The translations under genes were made by a program, and so were the position numbers. Under the pieces are notes generated by a model that saw only the letters and a list, made by a program, of their open reading frames with translations, did not search any database and was not told where the DNA came from. Shown piece by piece: positions 63,722-64,000 of a stretch of DNA of 64,000 bases. The DNA is from Ginglymostoma cirratum (taxonomy: Eukaryota), in assembly GCA_024137785.1 (NCBI GenBank), contig JAHRHZ010000083.1, positions 1,319,308-1,383,307 on the forward strand. The letters run 5' to 3'. Position 1 is the first letter of the stretch. The number at the start of each line of letters is the position of its first letter.

Positions 63722-64000
63722 TGGTGAGATGTCCTGTTTGGAACCAGGGTTGACTTTGTTCACTATGAGGTCGTGGATTTGGGATGTTAACCTGGGCCAA
63801 TCAGGAAAGCCCTGGCTGACCAATATAACCAGGAGATTAGAATCTCCTCAGTTCAGGGGACAGACTCCAAGTTGGCTGGTCACAACCAGCGTACTGTGCA
63901 CAAGTAAATAAAGGATGACTTAGTGACGGGATACCGGCCTCTGTGCAGTTACTTCAGTGGTAATGTGAGAAAATAGTACATGCCTGAAGAACATTCACTT
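63722..64000 (+). mobile_element. Probable Gypsy-type LTR (~63722-63956) with degenerate PBS, running off the window
   Basis: TG...CA ends, CCAAT (gggccaatca), TATA-like caatataa and AATAAA, then ...gttacttca|gtgg resembling an LTR/PBS junction. Confidence 0.45.

Overview
Vertebrate genomic DNA. The HE1/V-type tRNA SINEs, Deu-type SINEs and dense CR1 content point to a shark or ray. The whole window lies inside one plus-strand gene, HELZ (Upf1-like SF1 RNA helicase with zinc finger). I traced eight consecutive internal coding exons by hand (15346-15464, 18698-18843, 20278-20425, 24555-24738, 26408-26636, 46042-46252, 60533-60584, 61848-62032). All have GT-AG boundaries and matching phases. 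They encode helicase motifs II-VI, the PAM2/LxxLAP motif and the start of the Pro/Gln-rich tail. Introns contain decayed CR1 and L2-group LINEs, several tRNA-derived SINE families, LTR-like pieces and a Penelope-like GIY-YIG fragment. The most interesting signal is a set of short (about 110-140 bp) elements carrying a minimal hammerhead-ribozyme core, three of them flanked by 10-16 bp direct repeats, plus a Penelope remnant ending in the same core. Other leads are a NAGNAG acceptor, inverted repeats around the isolated PAM2 exon, an unexplained 19-bp direct repeat, and nested insertions. Repeat boundaries are approximate. Repeat family names and comparisons with human HELZ are from memory, not database searches.
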